A stretch of DNA of 64,000 bases from an uncultured delta proteobacterium. Lineage in GTDB: Bacteria > Desulfobacterota > Desulfobaccia > Desulfobaccales > 0-14-0-80-60-11. The notes beneath the pieces are model-generated. The model did not search any database and was not told the origin of the DNA. It saw nothing but the letters and a program-made list of their open reading frames with translations. Of this stretch, positions 40,145 through 49,063 are shown in pieces. The position numbers were made by a program, and so were the translations under genes. The DNA lies in contig CAWCKU010000001.1 in the NCBI GenBank assembly GCA_963796215.1, positions 127,032 through 191,031 on the forward strand, read 5' to 3'. Positions within the stretch are counted from its first letter, which is position 1. The number at the start of each line of letters is the position of its first letter.

Positions 40145-41277
40145 TCACAGCAAGCAGGCCCACCGGGCTCTCTCGGCACTTTCGATACGCAAAGCGCTAT
40201 CTGACTGGTTGTGCCTTTCAATGATCGCGACTGCATCTGAGGTGAATCGTCCGGATGTCGCGATTACATGCACGTCTACACGTGGCGGCTCCCAGATCTC
40301 ATCTGTTCTCGAAGCAAAGCGATTTCTGTCGGACCGACACTCTTGCTTAACCAGTGCCTGCATTGGATGATAACTCGTTGTCGTGATTGTTCCACCGAGA
40401 GGATCTGCATAAACTCGATAAACTGACTAAATCTCTGCCTCGGTCGGGGGCGTTGTCTCATCAACCACTCAGGATTCTCGTAACCATGTTCAGAAGTTAT
40501 CAATGCAAATAGGAGTCGCTCGAAGTCCTCAGGGATTAGGGTTTCAAGAAGCTTTGTAGCGACCGGACCTCGAGGTCTGTCTTATGAGGAGTGACCCTAG
40601 GTCCTCGACTTCAACAGGTATAGGTTCTCTTTCACCATAAAGTGACTTCCTTAATCCGGCTTTGACACTCGGCCAATCGAATTCGATTATATCGTGCAAG
40701 TCATTGAGCATTCCGAAGTGCATGTGACGCTGCAGGTCGGACCATCTTGGGGGCTTTGATACGCTGCTGCCAAGCAAGGTATTTATCTGGGCCACGTTGT
40801 TCTTCAATTCATCGAAAGTAGAGCTATCGACGGTCTTATATGGATTGAGTTTCCTGCTGAAGAATTTGCGACAGCTCTCTCAAGTTACCGTTGATTGTGT
40901 CTATCAGTTCAGTGAGCGCGTTCGCGAATCAACTCGCGGCGCTTTTGGTTGAAGCGATAGCGATACTCCCGAAGAAGCCTTGCTGGTTCGCTAATCCGAC
41001 GCTCTACCGAAACTATGCATTCGAATTCCCCAACCTCTTGTGCATCGAAGCGATTCTGAGCAATTTCATCCAGATCCATCAATACGATTTTTGGCTTCCA
41101 TTTATCTATTTTCGGCAGTGATGCAAGCAATGAATTGAATCTCCGACAATTGTCTTCATACTCGTAGTTTTCGCTGAAGGCAATACCTTCGGGAATTGCA
41201 GATTCAATCTCAGCCAACACCTTCTCAATCTTAATCAGGTTGGCTTCTGCGGATCTCAAAGTGCCGTAATGCTGCAT
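40145..41277 (-). pseudogene. Mrr-like (PD-(D/E)XK restriction-endonuclease domain) gene, multiply frame-disrupted
   Basis: Four track ORFs alternate between two frames, and a third frame carries ..APDRGRDLVS... Joined fragments read ..LIPEDFERLLFALITSEHGYENPEW..APDRGRDLV..RVIIQCRHWLSKSVGPTEI..PPRVDVHVIATSGRFTSDAVAIIERHN. Sampled lines give about 42-47% G+C. Confidence 0.5.
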
Positions 41278-41351
41278 TTAGAGGACTGTCAATCATTCAT
41301 AGCCTCGATCTATACTAGATAGCATATTAATGATAAAGCAAGCCATTATAT

Positions 41352-41413
41352 CTACAACATATTCTTCTTCGCCAGACTGAAGTACCGTGACGGCTGATGA
41401 TCAGGTGGTCGTG
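41352..41413 (-). repeat. Orphan copy of the radC 3' end (direct repeat of 44204-44266)
   Basis: 59 of 63 aligned positions are identical to the last 20 codons plus stop of radC (3 substitutions, 1 indel). It translates as ..HDHLIISRHG... Confidence 0.9.
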
Positions 41414-41438
41414 CCCCGTCGCAGCCGCTGACGACCGA

Positions 41439-44105
41439 TCAGAACGCCCAGCGCAGGCCGGCGTTGATGGCATGGGCGGTGGTGGTGCTCCGCCCCACCT
41501 CGGCGTTATAATCCAAATAGAGTGAATAATTCTGCTTGAGCAGGGTGACGCTGGTCCCCACCACCGCAAAGTCGCGTTGGGGCTTGTCGGTCTGAAAATT
41601 AAAGGTGCTGCCCGACTGGCTGAGGCGGGCGTCCAGGCCCCGGGCGTCGTTGGAGAACTCGTGCTGGTAGGTGGCGTAGACTTGGGGCACCACCTTGACC
41701 GGGCCCCGCTGGAGGGGGACGGCGACCTTGGCGCCCACCCCGGTTTGCAGTGATTCGGCGTTCTGGGGGGAGACCTTCAGGTCCAGGGCACCGGCCCCGC
41801 TCTCCGTAAAACCGTCCACCCAGAGGCGGGAGTAGGCCAGGGAAGCCACCGGGGTCAGTACCAGCCCGCCGGCCTTCAGGTCGTAGCCCGTCTCGCCGTA
41901 AGCGTTGAACTGGTTGCCGGTGGGCGAGCTCTTGGCATTACGGTTAAGGCTGCCGAAGGTAAGATCTCGCCCCAGGTCGTAGAGATTCAGGGCATAGCCC
42001 AGGGAGCCGAAGGCGTAAAAGGACTCGGGCAGGTAGGCGGCGTAGGCCGTGAGGGGCCAGGTGTTAGCTTCAACATTGCCTCCGGAGCCGTGAAAAGCGG
42101 CCCCGGTGTGGCTATAGCCGGTGGCCAGGCCCACCAGAAGGTGGTCCCGCACCCGGTAGTCAGCCCCGGCGGTGAAGCCCGCCAGGGTGAAGTCAAAGCC
42201 CGTCTGGTTCAGCGAGGACTTCTGGGACCCGAGGATGAGGCCCGGGTCGAGATAAAGGCCCCAGCGGGTTTCGGGCGCTGCCTCTTTCTTGGCGGCGATC
42301 AGCCCGGTAAGGCTGGCGGAGTTGTAGGCCAGCATCAGCCCCGCGGTCCGGGAGTAACTGGGGTTGAAGGAGCCGGGCAGGCCTCCCGCGCTGTCCATTT
42401 CCGGGGCGCCGAACCGGAGGTTGGTGATCCGGCGGGAAAGGTTGCGCATTTGCAGGTTGGCCCCGGCCAAGGCCAGGGCGGGGAGGGCGGTCGCCTTATC
42501 CGGGGAGATCTGCTGGAAGGCGTTGGCCACCAAGCCGCCGCTGGAGAGACCGTCGATGGCATTTAAAGCGGTATTCAGATCCCCGGCGGCACTGGTGGCC
42601 ACGCTGTTGAGCCTGGCGCCCACGTTCGCCTGGTTGCGGGTCAGGGTAAGCGCCGGGTTGGTGTAGCTGCGCAGCACCAGGAGATCGAAGGTATTGGGGG
42701 TGTATAGCGGCTGCCAGTACAGCGTGGGGGTAATAAACCGGTTGGCCATGGTGGCGAAAGTGCCGTTGACGCCCTGCGCCGCGCTGATGACCCCATGAAA
42801 AAGCTGGTTGCCGAGAGGCAGGTAACCGCCTTGCAGCACCGGGATGAAGGCGCCATTGAGGCTGGCGGTCCCCCCGACCTCGATCTTGGGGAAATTTGCC
42901 GAGGAGGAGAACCCTACGGCCAGGGTGCCGCCGGCGGTCTGGGTGTAGTTGCCACCCATGGAGAGGCTGCCCCCCAATAACGCTAAAGTGCCCTGGCTGC
43001 CGGGATTGGCCGCCAGCGTGAGGTCATGGGTAATGGTGTGGGTGCCGCCAGTCTGGATGAAGGTGCCGTTGCCGATAGCGCCGATAACTTCATCCTCGAC
43101 TGAGAGGTTGCCGCCGCTCAGGTTATAAGTGCCGTTACTGTTGCGCCCATCACCCAGACTGAGGCCGCCGTTTATTTTATTAACGCCGTTGCTCTGGTTG
43201 AAGACGCCGGTCCCGAAGACGCCGACGATCTCAAAGGGGGCCGTGAGACTGCCGTTGCTCAGGTTATAGGCGCCACTGCTATCACCCCAATAGCCCAGAT
43301 AGAGTCCGGAGTAAATATCGGTTTTTATCACCGTATTGCTGCCACCGCTTTGATTGAAAACGCCGCTGCCGTGTAAGCCCACATATTGACGGACCTGAGA
43401 GAGGCTGCCAGCGCTCAGGTTATAGGTGCCGCTGCTGCCGGCATACAATCCCAGATAGGAGTAGCTGCTAACGCTAGTGGTACCGCCGCTCTGGTTATAA
43501 GTGCCGATAGAGCCTGGGAGGAGGCCGATATTTAAGACGACCATGGAAAAGGCACCGCCACTCAGGTTATAGACGCCACTGCCGCCGGCAGAGTAACCCA
43601 GATTAAGGTTGCCGGTATTGGTACCGCCTGTTTGGGTGAAGACGCCGCTGCCGCTGTCGCCGATAACTTCATTGCCGCCAGAGAGGTTGCCGCCACTCAG
43701 GTAATAGACGCCACTGCTGCCGGCAGAGTAACCCAGAGTGAGGTTGCAGGTATTGTTGCCGCCTGTTTGGGTGAAGACCCCGCTGCCGCTGGCGCCGATA
43801 ATTTCATTGCCGGCTGAGAGGTTGCCACCGCTCAGGTTATAGGTGCCGCTGCTGCCGGGAGAAAAGCCCAGATACAGGTTGCCGGTCAAGGTATTGGTGA
43901 AGCCGCTCTGGTTCAAGTTGCCGGTAGATAAGTTACCGACATAGATATTATTAAAGGTAACGTCGTGGCTGACTGAATAAGTGTCGCCGCCGTCGACGAC
44001 GAGATCCGCGCCCCGTGACCAACACGTGGTCAGCAAGACCGTCAGCACCAGGGCCGTCCCCATTAACCACCAATGTTGGCCGTTAGGTCTTTCTATTCGG
44101 CTCAT
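41439..44105 (-). CDS. Autotransporter (type Va secretion): repeat-rich passenger plus C-terminal beta-barrel
   Basis: Intact 888 aa with a signal peptide. About 9 degenerate roughly 40-aa units carry GSSGTYNLSGGNLS..IG.SGSGVFTQTGGTNT. The C-terminal barrel ends ..INAGLRWAF. Confidence 0.85.
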   Translation of the reverse strand: MSRIERPNGQHWWLMGTALVLTVLLTTCWSRGADLVVDGGDTYSVSHDVTFNNIYVGNLSTGNLNQSGFTNTLTGNLYLGFSPGSSGTYNLSGGNLSAGNEIIGASGSGVFTQTGGNNTCNLTLGYSAGSSGVYYLSGGNLSGGNEVIGDSGSGVFTQTGGTNTGNLNLGYSAGGSGVYNLSGGAFSMVVLNIGLLPGSIGTYNQSGGTTSVSSYSYLGLYAGSSGTYNLSAGSLSQVRQYVGLHGSGVFNQSGGSNTVIKTDIYSGLYLGYWGDSSGAYNLSNGSLTAPFEIVGVFGTGVFNQSNGVNKINGGLSLGDGRNSNGTYNLSGGNLSVEDEVIGAIGNGTFIQTGGTHTITHDLTLAANPGSQGTLALLGGSLSMGGNYTQTAGGTLAVGFSSSANFPKIEVGGTASLNGAFIPVLQGGYLPLGNQLFHGVISAAQGVNGTFATMANRFITPTLYWQPLYTPNTFDLLVLRSYTNPALTLTRNQANVGARLNSVATSAAGDLNTALNAIDGLSSGGLVANAFQQISPDKATALPALALAGANLQMRNLSRRITNLRFGAPEMDSAGGLPGSFNPSYSRTAGLMLAYNSASLTGLIAAKKEAAPETRWGLYLDPGLILGSQKSSLNQTGFDFTLAGFTAGADYRVRDHLLVGLATGYSHTGAAFHGSGGNVEANTWPLTAYAAYLPESFYAFGSLGYALNLYDLGRDLTFGSLNRNAKSSPTGNQFNAYGETGYDLKAGGLVLTPVASLAYSRLWVDGFTESGAGALDLKVSPQNAESLQTGVGAKVAVPLQRGPVKVVPQVYATYQHEFSNDARGLDARLSQSGSTFNFQTDKPQRDFAVVGTSVTLLKQNYSLYLDYNAEVGRSTTTAHAINAGLRWAF

Positions 44106-44203
44106 AACTCATCTCGTTCGGTAAGAAGTCGGCGCATGAATGTCAGCCCTCCGTCTAAGAAGATCTGGGTCCATGATAAAAACTTTCCGAAAAGTTGCTA
44201 GAC

Positions 44204-44893
44204 CTACAACAGATTCTTCTCCGCCAGGCTGAAGTAGCCGTGACGGCTGATGATCAGGTGGTCGTGGACCGTCAGGTTGAGGGCGTGGGAGGCCTTCACC
44301 AGGGAGCGGGTCAGTTCCAGGTCGGCAGTCGAGGGGGTGAGGTTGCCGCTCGGGTGGTTGTGCACCAGGATCAGCCCGGTGGCCTTGTGCTTCAGGGCCA
44401 GTTCCAGGACCTTGCGGGGGTAGACCACCGTCTGGTTGACCGTGCCCTCCTGGACGATCTCTTCGGCCATGATTTCGTTCTGGCTGTTGAGGAAGACCAC
44501 CCGGAACTGCTCATCGGCCAGGCCCCCCATGCTCGTGCGGCAGTAATCCACCAGGGCGCTCAGGGATCCGATCTTTTCCCGAGCCAGGATCCCGTCCTTC
44601 AAATAGTATTCGGCGCAGGCCTTCACCAGGCGGATGAGCACCGCGGAGTATTCCCGGATGCCGGGAACTTCCAGCAAGGCCTCGGGAGTGGCGTCCAAGA
44701 CCCGGGGAAAGGAGCCGAAGTGGGCGATCAGCTGCTTGGCCAGGGGCTTGACGTCGGAGTAGGGAATGGCAAAGGTAAGCAGCAGCTCCAGCAGCTCGTA
44801 GTCTTGCAAGGCTCCGGGCCCGCCCTGGAGGAAGCGCTGCCGGAGGCGGGCGCGGTGGCCGTGGTAATGCGGCTTCTCAGGCTTGGGTGGCAT
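44204..44893 (-). CDS. radC: RadC-family JAB/MPN domain protein
   Basis: HhH region then ILVHNHPSGNLTPSTADLELT (JAMM motif). The ORF is an intact 229 aa. Confidence 0.9.
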   Translation of the reverse strand: MPPKPEKPHYHGHRARLRQRFLQGGPGALQDYELLELLLTFAIPYSDVKPLAKQLIAHFGSFPRVLDATPEALLEVPGIREYSAVLIRLVKACAEYYLKDGILAREKIGSLSALVDYCRTSMGGLADEQFRVVFLNSQNEIMAEEIVQEGTVNQTVVYPRKVLELALKHKATGLILVHNHPSGNLTPSTADLELTRSLVKASHALNLTVHDHLIISRHGYFSLAEKNLL

Positions 44894-45112
44894 GGTGTGA
44901 GGCCTCAGCGGATCAATTCAAGCTATCTTCTTGTTAAATCATTTTACCAATAATTTCAAATTATTTATCTTCATGGGAGCCTTCGGATTTCCAACCGGCC
45001 AGCGGGGTAATTAACCGCGAGTCCTTACTTCGATAAATCTTGCCTTTTTAGAATCATCGCTTTATTCTTATTTGAGAAATCATTTAACAGCCGCCCGACC
45101 TGTTTAATTAGC

Positions 45113-45907
45113 ATGGAGAGGAGGACAAGTATGTATCGACGTTTAAGGCTGATACCTCTGATTGCTGCTGCAGTAACCTTGCTCATGTGGGTTCAAGCGG
45201 CCGGGGCCGCAGCTCTCCTTTTCAACCGGGGGATGCCGATCTACAATAATAACCTGAGTCCTCCAAGTAACTTAAACGGCACCACTAATTCAAACCGTTC
45301 TAATTTCTCCAGCAGCAATACCTATTCATCCCAACCGACCACCTATCAGGTTACAGGGGATGATTTCAGCATCGGCAAAACGGGTCAAAAATTCCAAATT
45401 AACACGGTGCGCGTCTGGATGATATATGGCGTGCCGTCTGGTCAATATGACACCAACCCCCTTACTCCTCCGACTTTTGCGCTGACTTTATGGGTGGGCC
45501 CGGCCGGCGGCACTATACAGCCCTTGGCGGCAGCGCCTGTGCTCACTCGGATTTGGTATTCCGACGGAGAGAACTATCAGCGTACTGCTGACGGCGCCTG
45601 GCGAGGCGTTTGGCAGCTTGATTTCCCGGTGAACCTGAATATTGCCGGCGGCCAAAAATATCAATTTTTCCTGGACGGCATGTTCCACAATGCTTCCGGC
45701 GTGTGGCAATCTCCCAGCCTGTGTCTTGCCAAGGAATCTCTGAGCAATAATCCCCACCAGGACGGTGCGGACAATCAATACCTGGCATTGACTCTGGCCA
45801 ATGGGACTCCCACCGGTTCACCGAGTTACGTTACACCATTCGACGCCAATGTCCAAATTTTTGGAAGCGTTAATGTTGCCCCCTTGGAGCTCCTTTTGTC
45901 AGATTGA
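45113..45907 (+). CDS. Secreted hypothetical protein, 264 aa
   Basis: Signal peptide LRLIPLIAAAVTLLMWVQAAGAAA, then an Asn/Ser-rich linker. No domain recognised. The start may be the ATG at 45131. Confidence 0.6.
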   Translation: MERRTSMYRRLRLIPLIAAAVTLLMWVQAAGAAALLFNRGMPIYNNNLSPPSNLNGTTNSNRSNFSSSNTYSSQPTTYQVTGDDFSIGKTGQKFQINTVRVWMIYGVPSGQYDTNPLTPPTFALTLWVGPAGGTIQPLAAAPVLTRIWYSDGENYQRTADGAWRGVWQLDFPVNLNIAGGQKYQFFLDGMFHNASGVWQSPSLCLAKESLSNNPHQDGADNQYLALTLANGTPTGSPSYVTPFDANVQIFGSVNVAPLELLLSD

Positions 45908-45914
45908 GTCGCTG

Positions 45915-45949
45915 AAAAAAAGCCGGAGGCTGAGGCCTCCGGCTTTTTT
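45915..45949. terminator. Bidirectional intrinsic terminator between the 264-aa gene and cooS
   Basis: AAAAAAA-AGCCGGAGGC-tgag-GCCTCCGGCT-TTTTTT. Confidence 0.8.
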
Positions 45950-45983
45950 ATTTATTTATCCGGTTGAAGTGATTCCGGCGTGC

Positions 45984-48002
45984 TTAATGCTCTTCGCCGG
46001 CCGCGGCGGCGTCCATGGTGCGGCGCATCTCCATATCCATGAGCACCCGCTCCCGGGCCTTGTCGATGCCCAGCGCCTTCCGTTTCAGGTCGATGTGGGC
46101 GATCATCTTCTTGGCCATGAGCTCCGGATCCTGCTCGAAGTCCCACTTGCCGCCCAGCTCTTCTTCGATCCCCTTGAACAGGTAGTCGGTGAGGATCTCG
46201 GACCCGGTAGTGGGCCAGGTGACGCCGAACAGGGTGTAGACGCCGGAGGCCACGAAGTACTGGCCGATGGCGATGGCCTTCTCACTCATCCACTCCGGCG
46301 CGGCGCCCGCCGCGGGGAGGTCACTGATGTCAGTGCCCAGGCCGCCGGCCTTGACACAGGCGGTGGCCGCCATCAGGATGCGGGAGTTGTCCACGCAGGC
46401 CCCCATGTGCAGGACCGGCGGGATGCCCACGGTCTCGCAGACCTCGGCCAGGCCCGCGCCGCAGTACTTGGAGGCCGCTTCCGGGGTCATGAGGCCATAT
46501 TTGCCCGCCGCCATGGCGGCGCAGCCCGTGGACAGGACGATGACGTCGTTCTTAATCAGTTCCTTGATCAACACCATGTGGGAGGTGTCCTGGGCGGTGC
46601 GGCAGTTGTTGCAGCCCACCACGCCGGCCACGCCCCGGATGCGCCCGTTGATGATGTTGTCGTTCAGGGTGTAGTACGAACCCCGGATGGAGCCGCCCAG
46701 CAGGTACTGGATGGTCTCGTACGAGAAGCCCACCACGGTGGGGGAGCTATGCGACGGGATCAGCACCGGCGCCTTGCGGTTGGGATAGTTGTCGATGGCC
46801 ATCATGATGATCTTCTTGGCCACGTCCAGGGCATGGTGCTCGTCGAAGGCGACGTGCTCCGCCAGCGGCATCTTGGCCCGGTCGTCGGTGGTGATCAACT
46901 TGGTGTGGTAGCACTTGACCACATTTTCCAGGGCCTGCATCTCGCACTGCACGTCCACCACCAAGGCGTCCACCGCGCCGGTGATCACCGCCAGTTCCTG
47001 GTGCAGGTAGTTGCCCACCACCGGCACGCCGTGGCGCATCAGGACTTCGTTGGCCGAGCAGCACATGCCGCCCAGCTGGATGCCCTTGGCGCCCTTGCTT
47101 TGGGCCGCCTTGATGAGCTCCGGGTCCATGGAGGCGACGTAGAGCATCTCGGGCAGCAGCGGCTCATGGCCGTGCATCACGATGTTGACATGGTCTTCTT
47201 TCAGCACGCCCAGGTTGATCTCGCCGGCCACCGGGGTGGGGCAGCCGAACATGATGTCCTGCAGGTCGGTGGAGATCATGGAGCCGGCCCAGCCGTCCGC
47301 CAGGGCGCAGCGGGAGGACTGCTTCATCAGGTTGTGGTAGTCCTGGTCCACGCCCATGTGGGTGCGGTGCATCAGCTCCACCACCTCGATGTCGACGCCC
47401 CGGGGCACGATGCCCAGTTTCCGCCAGATTTCCTGGCGCTTCTTGGGGGCCCGACGGACATAGTTGATCTCGCCTTCCTGCTTGCCGAACTCGGCCAGGA
47501 CCTTGGGGCCCAGATCTATGGCGATGGCTTCGGGCGAACGGGGCTTGGCGTCGTCGCCTTCACCCTCGGTGATGGGAATATCCCAATCCCGGGCCACTCG
47601 TTTCAGCTTGGTCACGTCCTTGATCTTGTAACCCTGGGTCCGGCCATTGGCCACTTCGATGAACAGCTTGGCTACGCCCCGGGCGTGGTCGCTGTGGGCC
47701 GCGGTGCCGGCGCAGACCATGCGGGCGAAGTTCCGGGCCACGATGGTCTCGGCGGTGGCGCCGCACAGACCCATGCGCTGTTTCTTCTCTTCCCCGGTCT
47801 CCCCTTCCTTCTTCTTGGGCGGCGGCACCCGGCAGGGACCCTGAGCGCAAATCCGGCAGCAGGCGCCTTCCGCTCCGATGGGGCAGGGCTTCATGGTTTT
47901 GGCGCGGTCAAAAATCGTCTCAACGCCCTCGGCCGCCGCCTTCTTAATCAGCTCCTGAGCCGCCGGGTCCATGGATAGTTTTTCAATGTCGGTCTCGGCC
48001 AT
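45984..48002 (-). CDS. cooS: Anaerobic carbon-monoxide dehydrogenase catalytic subunit
   Basis: Intact 672 aa. N-terminal Cys motifs are CPIGAEGACCRICAQGPCRV and GLCGATAETIVARN. HSDHARG and the overall prismane/CODH family layout are present. Confidence 0.85.
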   Translation of the reverse strand: MAETDIEKLSMDPAAQELIKKAAAEGVETIFDRAKTMKPCPIGAEGACCRICAQGPCRVPPPKKKEGETGEEKKQRMGLCGATAETIVARNFARMVCAGTAAHSDHARGVAKLFIEVANGRTQGYKIKDVTKLKRVARDWDIPITEGEGDDAKPRSPEAIAIDLGPKVLAEFGKQEGEINYVRRAPKKRQEIWRKLGIVPRGVDIEVVELMHRTHMGVDQDYHNLMKQSSRCALADGWAGSMISTDLQDIMFGCPTPVAGEINLGVLKEDHVNIVMHGHEPLLPEMLYVASMDPELIKAAQSKGAKGIQLGGMCCSANEVLMRHGVPVVGNYLHQELAVITGAVDALVVDVQCEMQALENVVKCYHTKLITTDDRAKMPLAEHVAFDEHHALDVAKKIIMMAIDNYPNRKAPVLIPSHSSPTVVGFSYETIQYLLGGSIRGSYYTLNDNIINGRIRGVAGVVGCNNCRTAQDTSHMVLIKELIKNDVIVLSTGCAAMAAGKYGLMTPEAASKYCGAGLAEVCETVGIPPVLHMGACVDNSRILMAATACVKAGGLGTDISDLPAAGAAPEWMSEKAIAIGQYFVASGVYTLFGVTWPTTGSEILTDYLFKGIEEELGGKWDFEQDPELMAKKMIAHIDLKRKALGIDKARERVLMDMEMRRTMDAAAAGEEH

Positions 48003-48061
48003 TTTATACTCCTTATTTCAATAGGTTATCGCCAAAGAAATTGCCACGCTTCTATTTGTCC

Positions 48062-48090
48062 TTATTATCATCTATACATTATCATGTCAA
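48062..48090 (-). promoter_or_regulatory. Sigma-70-like promoter upstream of cooS
   Basis: Minus strand has TTGACA (48090-48085), a 17-nt spacer and TAATAA (48067-48062). It lies about 60 nt before the start codon. Confidence 0.45.
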
Positions 48091-48118
48091 GAAAAAATAA
48101 GAGATTGAAAATCCCTTA

Positions 48119-48159
48119 TAGGGGCGGCTCTGTAGGGGCGGCTCGCGAGCCGCCCCGAC
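48119..48159. repeat. REP-like palindrome family 1: half copy plus full copy
   Basis: TAGGGGCGGCTC (half copy) is followed by GTAGGGGCGGCTCGCGAGCCGCCCCGAC. Confidence 0.85.
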
Positions 48160-48182
48160 GCCGGATTATCACGCTAAAAAGA

Positions 48183-49055
48183 TTACTGGGCAGAATTCGC
48201 CTGGCGTACCACCCGGAAGCCGATATAGCCGTCGGCATAGCCGGGCGGGGCGGATTGGCGGGCGGCACTCCTAAGGTCCCGGGCCAAGGAGAACCAGGAG
48301 CCGCCTTTCAGCAGGCGCAGCAACCCCGGTTTGAAAGGGCCGGAGCCTGTCGGCACATACTGGTCCAGGCACCATTCCGAGACGTTGCCGGCCAGATCGA
48401 ACAGGCCGAAGCCATTGGCGGCAAATGAACCCACGGCCGCGGTAAAGAGATAACCATCCTTGGCTGTCCGGTCATGGCGCAGATTGGCGCGGTAAACCCC
48501 GCCGGCGTCCGGGGCCTCCGCCCCCCAGGGGTAGGGCTGGCCGGTGAGGCCGCCCCGGGCTGCGGCCTCCCACTGGGCCTCGCTGGGCAACTGGTGGACC
48601 GCCCCGGTCACCTGGGTGAGCCAGCGGCAGCAGGCCACGGCGTCATCCCAGGTCACCCCCACCACCGGCTGGTTGGGGGCATTGAGGTTTTTGTCCTGCC
48701 AATACAGGGGCGGCTGCTGGCCGGTGGCCTTGAGAAAGCGCCCGTACTGGGCGTTGGTGGTCTCGGTCACGGCGATATAAAAGCTATCCACCCGCACCCG
48801 GTGGGGCGTGTCTTCGTCGGCGTAGCGCCCCGGCTCGCTGACCGGCGAACCCAGCAGATAATAGCCGGCCGGGATGAGGCGGAAATGGAGGCCCTGGGAC
48901 TCCAGGGTGTCTTGGGCCTGGGCGGAGCAGACGAGCGCGAGTAGCCAGCCCAGCGACAGGAACAGGAGTCCCAAGGTGCGGCGGTCAGTTTTCCGGTGGC
49001 CGGCCCTGGCTTTGTTCCGCCACATTTTTTTGACGTTTCGCTGGGCTCGATCCAT
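48183..49055 (-). CDS. Formylglycine-generating-enzyme (FGE-sulfatase/SUMF1) domain protein, secreted
   Basis: A signal peptide is followed by PVVGVTWDDAVACCRWL, LPSEAQWEAAARGG, DLAGNVSEWCLD, LKGGSW and GFRVV. Confidence 0.85.
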   Translation of the reverse strand: MDRAQRNVKKMWRNKARAGHRKTDRRTLGLLFLSLGWLLALVCSAQAQDTLESQGLHFRLIPAGYYLLGSPVSEPGRYADEDTPHRVRVDSFYIAVTETTNAQYGRFLKATGQQPPLYWQDKNLNAPNQPVVGVTWDDAVACCRWLTQVTGAVHQLPSEAQWEAAARGGLTGQPYPWGAEAPDAGGVYRANLRHDRTAKDGYLFTAAVGSFAANGFGLFDLAGNVSEWCLDQYVPTGSGPFKPGLLRLLKGGSWFSLARDLRSAARQSAPPGYADGYIGFRVVRQANSAQ

Positions 49056-49063
49056 ATGGGGCT

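Noticed and set aside
45801-47978. A 725-aa plus-strand ORF.
   Set aside because: It is antisense to cooS and is a shadow ORF for the same reasons. The same applies to 30762-33023 (antisense to ntrY), 10836-12263 (antisense to the polyferredoxin), 25178-26218, 35042-35968, 37720-39042 and 53044-54090.
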